Assembly: GCA_964458385.1 (NCBI GenBank) | Contig: CAYWIS010000032.1 | Span: 1 to 28,902, forward strand | Length of the DNA stretch: 28,902 nt | Direction: 5' to 3' | DNA from: an uncultured Pirellulaceae bacterium | GTDB lineage: Bacteria > Planctomycetota > Planctomycetia > Pirellulales > Pirellulaceae | Position numbers and translations under genes: made by a program | In this document: positions 1-8,973 of the stretch, one piece after another | Position numbering within the stretch: the stretch's first letter is position 1 | Layout of the letters: every line of letters starts with the position of its first letter | Notes under the pieces: model-generated | What the model saw: only the letters and a program-made list of their open reading frames with translations | Databases searched by the model: none | Told to the model about the DNA's origin: nothing

Positions 1-1562
1 AGACTTTCGGCGTTGGGAAACTGCGCCATTGCCTCCTTAAGATCCAAAAAGGATTGAGGGAAAAACCCCGAGTAGCCGTTCACCATCCGGCGCTCGTGGA
101 ATGTGCCCCAGTACATCCAGAGTGTGGTTGCCTCGTATGCTTCGGCGGTTATGCCTGTAGGGAAGGGAACGCAGGCCACTACACTTTCGGGCTCGGTGGA
201 GTACTTCAGGTAGCTGAGCCATTCGCGGTTCCACCGGGCCGGCGCCAGTTGGAACAGCTCTTGCCGCGGCGGCCAGAGTTCAGCCAGGGCGCCGGCCGCT
301 AAGAGCGTGGCCATGGCCGCGACCGTTACGGTCGCCGCCTTGCGTTTGAGAGAGGGCCAACGCAAGGGGCCAACGTGTCCCAAGGTTTGCAACCCCGCCG
401 CCGCCAGTAGCGCGATGGCCAGCTGCGCGAACACGGCGAAGCGGAACACGTTGCGGGCGGTATCGAGGCCGGGAACCCACTCCATAAGCTGCTCGTACGG
501 CGCCCAGCTTCCCAGCCGCAAATTGGGCCCCAGCGAGAGCAGAAATCCTGTCAGCAACAGAAGCACACAGAAGACGGTCCACCGCCTTAAACGCCGTCGC
601 CAAAGGCCCGCAGCGATGCCAACCGCCGCCAGCCCGTACTTGATCCATCCAGGCAGAAGATGGATATGCACCCGGTCATACTCCGCCAACGGCGCCAAGC
701 CGCACCAGGGCTGCCATGGCGGAACGGCGTAGTCCTTGGCTTGCGCCGAAAGCTGCACTAGCAGCGACATCGGACGCTTCATGGGGTACACCCGGCCGAC
801 GCGCAACTGCGCCTGGACGAGCGGAGCGATCAAGCCCGCTGCAAGTACAGCGCCCAGCGCCAGCCAACCCCACGTGCGCGGCTGTAGCAGACGCCGACCC
901 AACAGCCACAATCCCGGCAGTGGCAAGGCAACGGCCAGGAACAGCCCATAATAGCTGCAAAGATAATAGGTCAGTGCAAAGGCCAACCCCACCAGCGCGC
1001 CGCGCCCGAGGGTAGGCCGAATCGAGAAGACGAAAAGTTGGCGGATCGTTAGCAAGATTCCGAACAATGGCACAAGTTGCAGCACGCCAAGTTCGTTGAA
1101 TACAAACGGCAGAACTTCGACCAGCGCCCCGCCGGCCAGCGCTGGCCACGGTCGCAGCCGCACACGACGCAAGAGGTGAAAAGCACAAAAACCATTGAGC
1201 GTTAGCGAGAGCAGCAGAAGGGTGTTGTAGAGTAGCGCCCGGCTACCTGTAACCGCCAGCAGAGGCAGCCCCAGCGCCGTCAGCGGCAGCGGTTCGGAAA
1301 GCGCAAAGGTATCGGGCGCCGGGTGGAAGATGGGCGCCTGCCAATAGTCGGCGTAGCCGTGTTTTAGGCGATTGCAGTTCCACCAGATTGACCAGGTGAC
1401 GAAGAGCGGCACCGTGGCCACCGGCTCCATGCCCAGGGGCAGCGAGTCGTGCATGTGCTTGGGCAACGGCCATGTGGCGACAAGGGCCAAACCGAGATAA
1501 ACCGCCAGCGGTGCGACACGCAGGGACCACGTTTTCCACCGATCGACCGGAATGCGGTCCAT
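1..1562 (-). CDS. Polytopic integral membrane protein, GT-C-like (ArnT/PMT/YfhO-type architecture) glycosyltransferase candidate. The 3' end lies beyond the left window edge.
   Basis: Absent from the ORF track because it runs off the edge. My own minus-strand translation starts at ATG 1562..1560, with GAGG 7 nt upstream and an in-frame TAA four codons upstream. It stays open to position 1 (about 520 codons): MDRIPVDRWKTWSLRVAPLAVYLGLALVATWPLPKHMHDSLPLGMEPVATVPLFVTWSIWWNCNRL ... VNGYSGFFPQSFLDLKEAMAQFPNAE. It has many hydrophobic helices followed by a soluble C-terminal part. Listed ORFs 280..648, 676..1188 and 1243..1566 are Arg/Ala-rich off-frame shadows of this gene. The family assignment is inferred from architecture only. 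Confidence 0.8.
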   Translation of the reverse strand, partial: MDRIPVDRWKTWSLRVAPLAVYLGLALVATWPLPKHMHDSLPLGMEPVATVPLFVTWSIWWNCNRLKHGYADYWQAPIFHPAPDTFALSEPLPLTALGLPLLAVTGSRALLYNTLLLLSLTLNGFCAFHLLRRVRLRPWPALAGGALVEVLPFVFNELGVLQLVPLFGILLTIRQLFVFSIRPTLGRGALVGLAFALTYYLCSYYGLFLAVALPLPGLWLLGRRLLQPRTWGWLALGAVLAAGLIAPLVQAQLRVGRVYPMKRPMSLLVQLSAQAKDYAVPPWQPWCGLAPLAEYDRVHIHLLPGWIKYGLAAVGIAAGLWRRRLRRWTVFCVLLLLTGFLLSLGPNLRLGSWAPYEQLMEWVPGLDTARNVFRFAVFAQLAIALLAAAGLQTLGHVGPLRWPSLKRKAATVTVAAMATLLAAGALAELWPPRQELFQLAPARWNREWLSYLKYSTEPESVVACVPFPTGITAEAYEATTLWMYWGTFHERRMVNGYSGFFPQSFLDLKEAMAQFPNAES

Positions 1563-1994
1563 CCACAACCTCGCTTATGTTCCCCTCTGGAACCTGAAAG
1601 ATGACCCGGCGCGGCCACGCCGCCCTGGCGACAGGGTAGCGGCGTCAACCATACTCAGCGCCACCCGCCGACGCAACCCGCAAGCAAAGAAGTCGATAAC
1701 GCTCGCCAAGTTCTTCACCGATGGTTTTCCGTCCACCGCTGCATGGGCCAAGGCGCGGCGCCGAGCGAGTTTCATCACAAAGCCGCCTTTGATTTCCGTA
1801 ACGAAAATTGCAATCGCTTCCTGCAACGTACTTGCGATCGCGTGAGGAAGAAAAGCGGGGATGCAGCAGGCTGGCGTTGAGGGCGCCTAGCGCAAAAGGG
1901 AGGTCAACGGCCTTGGGCTCCGGACCGGCCGAGGTTGTTTTATTGGTAATGCGGCGTCCTTGACGGTTGTTCGGCGGCGCGGTATCTCGGTAGC

Positions 1995-2465
1995 GTGAAA
2001 TACGAACCGCTTTTTCATGTTGTCCTGCATCAGCCGCAGATTCCCCCGAACACCGGTAACGTCGGCCGAACCTGCGTGGCCGTTGGCGCCAAAATGTGGC
2101 TGGTGCGTCCGTTAGGATTCCAGGTGGACGATCAGCAAGTGCGCCGCGCGGGGCTGGACTATTGGCCGTACCTGGAATGGGAGATTGTCGACGATTGGCC
2201 TACGCTGGTGGCCCGGCTTCCCCAGCGGCGCTTCTGGTATCTCTCCAAGCGGGCCGAACGTGTGTATACCACGGCCAGGTTCGCTCGTGGCGATGTGTTC
2301 GTTTTCGGCAGCGAAACGCAGGGCCTGCCACGCGAGTTCGTGGAGGCGCATCCCGACGCGGCCCTGCGGATTCCCTGTCGGCCCCAGGTCCGCAGCTTGA
2401 ACCTGGCAAGCGCCGCGGCCGCCGTTATTTACGAAGCCGTGCGACAAGTGGGTGTTGAGTTTTAA
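1995..2465 (+). CDS. trmL: tRNA (cytidine/uridine-2'-O)-methyltransferase TrmL (SpoU/TrmH family, YibK type)
   Basis: 156-aa ORF with a GTG start. The N-terminus, HVVLHQPQIPPNTGNVGRTCVAVGA, is the typical TrmL motif. The C-terminal SPOUT knot region is GSETQGLP...IPCRPQVRSLNLASAAAAVIYEA. The size is typical for TrmL. Confidence 0.9.
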   Translation: MKYEPLFHVVLHQPQIPPNTGNVGRTCVAVGAKMWLVRPLGFQVDDQQVRRAGLDYWPYLEWEIVDDWPTLVARLPQRRFWYLSKRAERVYTTARFARGDVFVFGSETQGLPREFVEAHPDAALRIPCRPQVRSLNLASAAAAVIYEAVRQVGVEF

Positions 2466-2687
2466 CCTGCCCTCCGATCCAGCCTTCCCTCGACCCAGGC
2501 GACAAGCGTGTGTTTGCGCATTTCTTGTTTACCGCGAGACAGTTGTTGCCTGCTGCCGCGGGCTCCTTGTGGAAACGTCAGGCCACGGGCGCAATGGGGA
2601 TTGGCTCGGTAATCCAACTCAGAAGATACGAAGTTTGTTGCCTTTTCGCAGTCCCTTGCGATCGAACCCTTCACGGGGTGAACCGCC

Positions 2688-3776
2688 ATGCCTTTGATTC
2701 CCGCAAAACAACTGGAGCAACTTGCCAATAGCCTCTTGCGCGCCGGGGGAGCGCTAGCCGAAGAGGCGGACCTTGTTGCGTCGAGTCTGGTGGGCGCCAA
2801 TTTGCGGGGATACGACTCGCATGGCGTGATGCGGATTCCGTTCTATGTTGAGATGATCGCTCAGGGCGAAACCGTTCCCGGGGCGCCGCTGACCGTGATG
2901 AACGAAAGCGATGTCATCCTGGCCGCCGACGCGCACTGGGGCTTTGGCATGGTGCAAGCCCGCCGACTGATGGAGCGGCTGATCGAGAAAACTCGGCGCA
3001 GCGGCGTTGGGGTGGGCACACTGATTCACGCCAGTCATGTCGGCCGCATTGGCGAATACTGCGAGATGGCCGCCGAAGCGGGGTTCGTGTCGATTGTCAT
3101 GGCCAACACCCACGGCGCCGCCCGCCGTGTAGCGCCGCCGGGCGGCAAAGCGCCCCGCTTGGGCACAAACCCCATTGCCTTGGGTGCGCCGTACGCCGAT
3201 ACGCCGTTGATTTTGGATTTCAGCACCAGCGCAACCGCCGAGGGCAAAGTGCGCGTGCATAAGATTGCCGGGAAGTTGTGCCCCGAAGGCTGGTTGATCG
3301 ATAGCGAAGGGCGCCCCACTTGCGACCCCAACGCACTCTACGCCGACCCGCCCGGCTCCATTTTGCCGATGGGCGGCGCGCAGGCGTACAAGGGGTTTGG
3401 CCTGGCGCTGATGATCGACATTTTCTCGGGCGCTCTCTCGGGTGGCTTATGCGCCCGAGAGAAGCCAATCACGCCGAAAGGAAACTGCGCGTTCCTGATG
3501 ACGCTCGACCCCGAGCGGTTTGGCGGCGCCGAACACTTCCGGCAGGAAGTAGCCAATCTCTGCGAGTTTGTCCGCGGCTGCCCGCGAGTGGAGGGAGTGG
3601 ACGAGATCCTTCTTCCTGGCGATCCCGAACGCCGCACGATGAATCAGCGCATGCGCGATGGCATTCCGCTGGATGACGGCAACTGGGCCGAGCTCGTCAA
3701 GCTCGCGGAGCGTTTGGGCGTACCCGTTCCCGCCGTGCCGTCCCCGGCGAGCGCCTCAGCCGCTGGCGCACAGTAA
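2688..3776 (+). CDS. Ldh2-family (malate/L-lactate/ureidoglycolate dehydrogenase type 2) NAD(P)H oxidoreductase
   Basis: 362-aa ORF. Family-typical segments are GYDSHGVMRIPFYVEMI, HWGFG, SHVGRIGEY, GTNPIALGAP and FSTSATAEGKV. The substrate cannot be assigned from sequence alone. Confidence 0.85.
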   Translation: MPLIPAKQLEQLANSLLRAGGALAEEADLVASSLVGANLRGYDSHGVMRIPFYVEMIAQGETVPGAPLTVMNESDVILAADAHWGFGMVQARRLMERLIEKTRRSGVGVGTLIHASHVGRIGEYCEMAAEAGFVSIVMANTHGAARRVAPPGGKAPRLGTNPIALGAPYADTPLILDFSTSATAEGKVRVHKIAGKLCPEGWLIDSEGRPTCDPNALYADPPGSILPMGGAQAYKGFGLALMIDIFSGALSGGLCAREKPITPKGNCAFLMTLDPERFGGAEHFRQEVANLCEFVRGCPRVEGVDEILLPGDPERRTMNQRMRDGIPLDDGNWAELVKLAERLGVPVPAVPSPASASAAGAQ

Positions 3777-3916
3777 AACGGCCGCACCGGCCCGCCAACA
3801 CTCCGACGGTTCGTAGGGATTTCTTCCGCCCTGGCGATTGCAGGCGGCGCGAGAACCGCGCAAGATACGGTTCGCGCGGTGCGTTCTTGTCCTTCGATCC
3901 GTCAGGAGGTTCGCTC

Positions 3917-6220
3917 ATGCCGGGTATGCAACGATTGATCGGTTTTGGCTGCGCGGTCTGGCTCGGCTGCTGCGTTTCGCTGACGATGGCCGATGAATTG
4001 CCGCTTGTGAGCGGCGTGGCGGCCCAACCGCTCAAGGCGCAAGCACGGCGCGTAGCGCTGGCGCTGGAGTCCGTGGGCGAACCGCTCTCGGCTGAACGTC
4101 AGGCCGCTTTACAAAAAGCGCTGGACGAGATGGACGACGCCCGCGCGGTCGAGGCCATTCAAAAAGTGTTCGACCCGCTATGCATTGCTGGAGTTCATGT
4201 AAACCCTGAAAGCCGCGTTAAAGCGCAGCCGGGCGCCGCCAAGAAGGAGCTCGTCCAACACGGCTGGCGTGTGTTTTTGGTCAAAGTGAATAACGAGGCC
4301 GGCGTGACTGCGCCTTTGGGCGTTTCCAGCCCCAATGCGGCGCCGTTGTTCTCTCGCTCCACGGGTAGCCCTGAGCCCAAACCTGTCGTTTCTCCGGCCG
4401 ATGTCCAGCAACGTTGGCTGGAAATCGATGTGTTGCAGCGGCAACCGCTCAATCCCAACCTATCGGGATTGGAATTGGAATATCGGGTGATTTCACTCTA
4501 TAGCCGCGACCAGGGCAAACGCGAGGCGACGCTGACCTTTGATGTAGGGCAGGGCACTCAGGATTTGGGCTTCCGCAGCGAAACGCCCATCTTGTTTGAA
4601 TGCCTGCCGGCGGTTGAAGTAACGCTCGAGGTTATCGACCACGATGGTCAACCAACGACCGCGTGGTTTGTGCTGCGCGATAAGAACGGCCGCGCCTATC
4701 CGGCCCGAAGTCGTCGCTTGGAGCCCGATTTCTTCTTTCACGATCAGGTGTACCGCCACCACGGCGAGAGCGTGTTATTGCCGCCGGGCGAATACGAAGT
4801 GACCTACAGCCGTGGGCCAGAGTACCACATTCTGAAGACCGTGATTCACGTGCCCGACGCCAAGAAGCATCGCGAGTCGTTCCGGCTGCAACGCTGGATC
4901 AAGCTGGCCGATTTGGGGTGGTACTCGGGCGATCATCACGTGCACGCCGCCGGATGCGCCCACTACGAGTCGCCAACGCAGGGCGTTACGCCCGAAGCCA
5001 TGATGCGCCACATCTTGGGCGAAGACTTAAATGTGGGCTGTGTCCTGTCGTGGGGGCCGTGCTGGTATCACCAGAAGCAATACTTTGAAGGCGATGTGCA
5101 TCAGCTTTCAACCAAGAACTACCTGATGCGCTACGACGTGGAGGTTTCGGGGTTCCCCTCGTCGCATTGCGGCCATTTGTGCTTATTGCGATTGAAAGAT
5201 GACGACTACCCTGGAACCGAGCGCATCGACCAGTGGCCCTCATGGAACTTGCCCGTATTGAAGTGGGGCAAGGAGCAGGGGGGCGTGGTGGGATACTCCC
5301 ACAGCGGCTGGGGTTTGAAACTGCCCACTGACGATCTGCCCAATTACAACATGCCGCCGTTTGACGGCATTGGCGCCAACGAGTACGTGGTCGATGTGGT
5401 CCACGATGTGTGCGATTTTATCTCGGCTGTGGATACGCCCTCGGTGTGGGAATTGAACGTTTGGTATCACACGCTGAATTGCGGCTATACCTGCCGCATT
5501 AGTGGCGAAACGGACTTCCCCTGCATCTATGGCGAACGCGTGGGCCTGGGACGCGTGTATGTGAAGCTCGGGCCCGACCAGCCCTTGACCTACGACGCTT
5601 GGGCTCTCGGTTTGCGCGATGGGCGAAGTTATTGCAGCGACGGTTTGAGCCATCTGGTCGACTTCCGCGTGAACGACCTGGAAGTAGGCCAACAGGGCGC
5701 CGAGGGGAAGGCCAGTGTGTTGAATGTACCCGGCGGTCAGAAACTGCACATTTCCGCTCGCGTGGCGGCGCTACTAGAGGAAACGCCGAACGAGGACATT
5801 CGCCGCCGGCCGCTCGATGAGAAACCGTATTGGCACGTGGAGCGGGCGCGGATTGGCGACACGCGCCAAGTTCCCGTTGAGCTGATCGTCAACGGTTATC
5901 CTCTGGCGCGGAAGGAGATTCTAGCCGATGGCTCGCTGCAAGAAGTGCAGTTTGAGTACACGCCTGATCGTTCAAGCTGGGTGGCTCTGCGAATCTTCCC
6001 CAGTTCCCACACCAACCCCATTTTTGTGCAGGTGGACGGTAAGCCCATTCGCGCCAGTCGCCGCAGCGCCGAATGGTGCGCCCAGGCGGTCGACGTATGC
6101 TGGAACGCCAAACGCAACCAGATTCGCGAAAGCGAACGGGCCGAAGCCAAGGCTGCGTACGACCACGCAAAGGCAACCTACCTTCGAATTGCGGAAGAAG
6201 CCTTCGACGATCGAAAGTAG
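3917..6220 (+). CDS. Secreted PHP-domain metallohydrolase, CehA/McbA-like, with a long N-terminal region of unknown function
   Basis: The ORF track gives 3887..6220 with a TTG start. I prefer ATG 3917, preceded by GGAGG at 3905..3909 (7-nt spacer). A signal-peptide-like N-terminus follows: MPGMQRLIGFGCAVWLGCCVSLTMADE. The metal-binding motif GWYSGDHHVHAAGCAHY resembles the PHP/CehA GDxHxH signature. 767 aa. Confidence 0.65.
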   Translation: MPGMQRLIGFGCAVWLGCCVSLTMADELPLVSGVAAQPLKAQARRVALALESVGEPLSAERQAALQKALDEMDDARAVEAIQKVFDPLCIAGVHVNPESRVKAQPGAAKKELVQHGWRVFLVKVNNEAGVTAPLGVSSPNAAPLFSRSTGSPEPKPVVSPADVQQRWLEIDVLQRQPLNPNLSGLELEYRVISLYSRDQGKREATLTFDVGQGTQDLGFRSETPILFECLPAVEVTLEVIDHDGQPTTAWFVLRDKNGRAYPARSRRLEPDFFFHDQVYRHHGESVLLPPGEYEVTYSRGPEYHILKTVIHVPDAKKHRESFRLQRWIKLADLGWYSGDHHVHAAGCAHYESPTQGVTPEAMMRHILGEDLNVGCVLSWGPCWYHQKQYFEGDVHQLSTKNYLMRYDVEVSGFPSSHCGHLCLLRLKDDDYPGTERIDQWPSWNLPVLKWGKEQGGVVGYSHSGWGLKLPTDDLPNYNMPPFDGIGANEYVVDVVHDVCDFISAVDTPSVWELNVWYHTLNCGYTCRISGETDFPCIYGERVGLGRVYVKLGPDQPLTYDAWALGLRDGRSYCSDGLSHLVDFRVNDLEVGQQGAEGKASVLNVPGGQKLHISARVAALLEETPNEDIRRRPLDEKPYWHVERARIGDTRQVPVELIVNGYPLARKEILADGSLQEVQFEYTPDRSSWVALRIFPSSHTNPIFVQVDGKPIRASRRSAEWCAQAVDVCWNAKRNQIRESERAEAKAAYDHAKATYLRIAEEAFDDRK

Positions 6221-6264
6221 GCCAAGGGCGATTGATTTTCCTTTGTCTTCCTCCCACGATTTTT

Positions 6265-7446
6265 ATGTTACTTGATGTTGTCGAAACGCTACGCGAACTC
6301 GTCCAAATTCCCAGCGTTAATCCCATGGGGCGGCCGGTCTCAGGGCCGATTTACCTGGAAGAACGCTTGACCGATTATCTTCAAGGCTTGTTTCAGCGCC
6401 TCAACGTGCCTTGGGAGCGAACGACGGTTGAGCCACAACGTGCGAATATCCTGGCGCGGATCGACGGCCGCACGTCTCCCGAAGCGGGCGGCAAACTGCT
6501 GATCTTCGAGGCGCATCAGGACACGGTGCCCGTCGACGGAATGACAATCGATCCCTTCGCCGCCGAAGTGCGCGACGGCCGGTTATACGGCCGAGGCGCT
6601 TGCGACATCAAAGGGGGCATGGCGGCGATGCTTACCGCCTTTGCACGCCTGGCCGAACGACGCGGCGAGCTGAACGCTACGGTTGTTATGGCCTGTACGG
6701 TGAACGAGGAGTTGGGCTACACCGGCGCCAAGTTGTTGGCTCGCCAGTGGAGCGAGGGCGGTTCGCAGCTTGTGCCCCGCGCGCCCGATGCGATCGTAGT
6801 GGCCGAACCAACGCTCTTGAATGTGGTTGTGGCTCATAAGGGGCTTGTCCGTTGGCGGTGCCGTACGCGAGGCCGAGCCGCGCACAGTTCGCAGCCCCAG
6901 CTTGGAGAGAATGCCATCTTCAAAATGGCGCAGGTGCTGATGGCGTTAGAGGAATATCAAAAGGAGGTTGCGCCCACTCGCGGCGAGCATCCACTGTTGG
7001 GCCGGCCATCGCTAAGTGTGGGCACGATTGCCGGCGGGGTGAGTGTGAACACCGTGCCCGACGCGTGCGTGATTGAGATTGACCGCCGCATGCTGCCGAG
7101 CGAAAACCCCGACGAAGTCTATCGGCATGTGGTCGAGTTCGTTGCACAGCGAACCGACGTTGCTTTCCACGACCCGCCTGCCTTGGTCGCCCCCGGGCTG
7201 TCGAACGATAACAACGAACCGCTAGCCGATCGGTTGGTGGAAGTTGCGCGGCGTCTGGGGAACGCCAGCGAAAAGATCGGTGTGCACTATGGCACGGATG
7301 CGGCGGCCTACGGGCCAGCGGGCGTTCCCACGGTAGTCTTTGGCCCTGGCGATATTGCACAGGCCCACACCGACGACGAGTGGATCGAACTCGACCAACT
7401 CCACCGCGCCGTGGACATCTTGTACGAGTTCGCCCGCGTTTTCTAA
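6265..7446 (+). CDS. M20-family metallopeptidase (ArgE/DapE-type acetylornithine deacetylase or succinyl-diaminopimelate desuccinylase)
   Basis: The listed ORF 6073..7446 overlaps the upstream gene. The in-frame ATG at 6265 gives MLLDVVETLRELVQIPSVNPMG, a typical M20 N-terminus. Metal and catalytic motifs are present: FEAHQDTVPVDG, GRGACDIKGG, VNEELGYTG. 393 aa. Confidence 0.85.
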   Translation: MLLDVVETLRELVQIPSVNPMGRPVSGPIYLEERLTDYLQGLFQRLNVPWERTTVEPQRANILARIDGRTSPEAGGKLLIFEAHQDTVPVDGMTIDPFAAEVRDGRLYGRGACDIKGGMAAMLTAFARLAERRGELNATVVMACTVNEELGYTGAKLLARQWSEGGSQLVPRAPDAIVVAEPTLLNVVVAHKGLVRWRCRTRGRAAHSSQPQLGENAIFKMAQVLMALEEYQKEVAPTRGEHPLLGRPSLSVGTIAGGVSVNTVPDACVIEIDRRMLPSENPDEVYRHVVEFVAQRTDVAFHDPPALVAPGLSNDNNEPLADRLVEVARRLGNASEKIGVHYGTDAAAYGPAGVPTVVFGPGDIAQAHTDDEWIELDQLHRAVDILYEFARVF

Positions 7447-7562
7447 GTCGTTGGAATTCCGTTCGTCTCGGGCGGATTGGCAGCCACACAGCGGCGCAGC
7501 ATGGGACTGCGCTGGGGGGCGATAGAGAAGCTGCCCGGCCGCGGGACTTATAGGTAGGTGGG

Positions 7563-8027
7563 TTACTCGTCTTTCTTCTCTCGCAACATGGGCTGAAGTT
7601 CGTCGACAAAGTCGCGAACGTCTTTGAACTCGCGATACACGCTGGCGAAGCGGACAAAAGCCACCTGGTCCACATCGCCTAGACGTTCCATCACGAGTTC
7701 GCCGATGTGGCGGCTAGGAACTTCGGCTTCGAAGTTCGCATAGATTTCGGCCTCGACGGCGGCGGCTAAGGCTTCAATCTGTTCATCGCTGACAGGGCGC
7801 TTCCAACAGGCCTTGCGCAGGCCCTGGCGGATCTTGTCGAGGTTGAAAGGCTCGCGCACGCCGTTCTTTTTGACCACCTTTAGCTCCATTTCCTCCAGGC
7901 GCTCGTAGGTGGTGTAGCGCCGCCCGCAGCGGTTGCATTGGCGACGGCGGCGAATGAGGTAACCGTCCTGGCCGGCGCGGGAGTCAATTACTCGGTCGTT
8001 GTCGGCGCCACAAAAGGGGCAGCGCAT
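7563..8027 (-). CDS. nrdR: Transcriptional repressor NrdR (zinc ribbon + ATP-cone)
   Basis: 154 aa. The N-terminus MRCPFCGADNDRVIDSRAGQDGYLIRRRRQCNRCGRRYTTYERLE is the canonical NrdR zinc ribbon. An ATP-cone follows (VVKKNGVREPFNLDKIRQGL ... AFVRFASVYREFKDV). Confidence 0.95.
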   Translation of the reverse strand: MRCPFCGADNDRVIDSRAGQDGYLIRRRRQCNRCGRRYTTYERLEEMELKVVKKNGVREPFNLDKIRQGLRKACWKRPVSDEQIEALAAAVEAEIYANFEAEVPSRHIGELVMERLGDVDQVAFVRFASVYREFKDVRDFVDELQPMLREKKDE

Positions 8028-8233
8028 AGCGACGTCCTTAAAAAGAAAAGCTTAATGGCGGGGCGTTTCCAATCCTAGCGCTTTCTAAACGAATAGACAA
8101 TACACTCAGAACGCGGTGCGGCAAGCGGATACAACCATGGCTTTGTTGAAGTCCGCGCAGAAGCGTGGATAGCAACGGTCGCCGCCGCGTTGGCGGGTTG
8201 GATGCCTCGTTTCTCCCACCAGGTAATATCACC

Positions 8234-8878
8234 ATGCAATGCCCCCGCTGTAACTCCCTGGTTGATCCTCAGGCCAAGTTTTGCCCCGAATGCGGCGCAT
8301 CAATGGCCGACGGCGAGGCGACAACCGCTGCCGCCTTACGCAACGCCGCCGATTCCAAGCAGCGGGGTATCGAAGACGAACGCAATTTATGGCAAGGAGG
8401 ATACTCGCCTAAGGCCATGGTGGGCGTCTGGCTATTGCTGGCGGCGGTCAGTGTGGCGGCGATTGGGACTACTGTGCTTCTTGTGGGCTCCAGCACGCTG
8501 GGGGTGGGACTGCCGGTGGCGCTTCCTGTGGTGCTGGCGGCGTTGGGGTTGATGTGGTTGATAGGCTTTGCGGTGCTGCTTTATCGCCGGGCGAGCGTCC
8601 ATTATGAGCTAACAAGCCAGCGGCTGATTCATCGTCATGGCATTTTGAGCCGTACGACCGACCGGATTGAGCTGATCGACGTCGACGATATTCAGTACAC
8701 CCAAGGGTTGGTCGAACGGATGTTGGGGGTGGGAGCCATCGTGATTAAGTCGAGCGATTTGTCTCACCCGGAACTGCGGCTTCAAGGAATTGACAACGTC
8801 CAAACCGTGGCCGACATCCTGGATGACGCCCGCCGCCAGGAACGTCGCCGCCGCGGGCTGCATATCGAAACGATCTAG
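8234..8878 (+). CDS. Zinc-ribbon plus bacterial PH-domain (bPH_2 / YdbT-YdbS-like) membrane protein
   Basis: The in-frame ATG at 8234 gives MQCPRCNSLVDPQAKFCPECGASM (double CxxC zinc ribbon). Two hydrophobic helices follow (VGVWLLLAAVSVAAIGTTVLLV, LPVVLAALGLMWLIGFAVLLY). The next segment, YELTSQRLIHRHGILSRTTDRIELIDVDDI...GAIVIKSSD, is typical of membrane-flanked bPH_2 domains. 214 aa. Confidence 0.75.
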   Translation: MQCPRCNSLVDPQAKFCPECGASMADGEATTAAALRNAADSKQRGIEDERNLWQGGYSPKAMVGVWLLLAAVSVAAIGTTVLLVGSSTLGVGLPVALPVVLAALGLMWLIGFAVLLYRRASVHYELTSQRLIHRHGILSRTTDRIELIDVDDIQYTQGLVERMLGVGAIVIKSSDLSHPELRLQGIDNVQTVADILDDARRQERRRRGLHIETI

Positions 8879-8901
8879 CGTTTGCCGGCGCGGATGAAAC
8901 G

Positions 8902-8953
8902 GCTTGGTCCTTTATGGGCCAAGCGGCAGGGCCGAAAGACTCCTCGGCCCTGC
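8902..8953. terminator. Two adjacent GC-rich hairpins between convergent genes (candidate bidirectional terminator)
   Basis: Hairpin 1: GCTTGGTCC (8902..8910) / TTTAT loop / GGGCCAAGC (8916..8924). This is 9 bp including one G-U pair. Hairpin 2: GCAGGGCCGA (8926..8935) / 8-nt loop / TCGGCCCTGC (8944..8953), 10 perfect bp, followed on the plus strand by TCCGGTTTCTTG. Both lie in the 95-nt spacer between the PH-domain gene stop (8878) and the rpoN stop (8974). Confidence 0.5.
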
Positions 8954-8973
8954 TCCGGTTTCTTGCGGGTTGT

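Noticed and set aside
280-1566. Minus-strand ORFs 280..648, 676..1188 and 1243..1566
   Set aside because: They share one reading frame, which is offset from the long open frame that encodes a coherent multi-TM protein from ATG 1562 to the window edge. Their products are Arg/Ala/Gly-rich.
1575-1826. 83-aa minus-strand ORF (internal MKLARRRALAHAAVDGKPSV...) ending 13 nt before the GT-C-like gene start, and the overlapping 97-aa plus-strand ORF 1552..1845
   Set aside because: Third-position GC is compatible with coding, but neither product has a recognisable motif. Both are Arg-rich, and the two frames are mutually exclusive. The evidence is insufficient to call either, so this is left undecided rather than annotated.
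7284-7299. TGGCAC-containing sequences checked as sigma-54 (-24/-12) promoters: TGGCACGGATGCGGCG here, others near 1067, 5824 and 12712, and GGGCGG-N6-TTGCA near 25560 upstream of the Wza-like gene
   Set aside because: All are either inside coding regions or have the wrong GG-to-GC spacing or lack the TTGC element. None is a credible sigma-54 promoter.
7494-7512. 6-bp hairpin GCGCAG / CTGCGC between the convergent M20 and nrdR genes
   Set aside because: The stem is short, there is no adjoining U-tract on either strand, and comparable hairpins occur by chance in GC-rich DNA. It is too weak to call a terminator.
6920-7675. 251-aa minus-strand ORF spanning the M20 gene 3' half and reaching into nrdR
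   Set aside because: The product is extremely Arg/Pro/Ser-rich. It is antisense to the M20 peptidase and out of frame with nrdR. It is a shadow ORF.
8028-8233. Searched the nrdR/PH-gene divergent region for NrdR boxes (palindromic acaCwAtATaTwGtgt type)
   Set aside because: There is only a non-palindromic GACAATACACTC segment and no dyad. NrdR boxes are expected upstream of nrd genes, which are not in this window.
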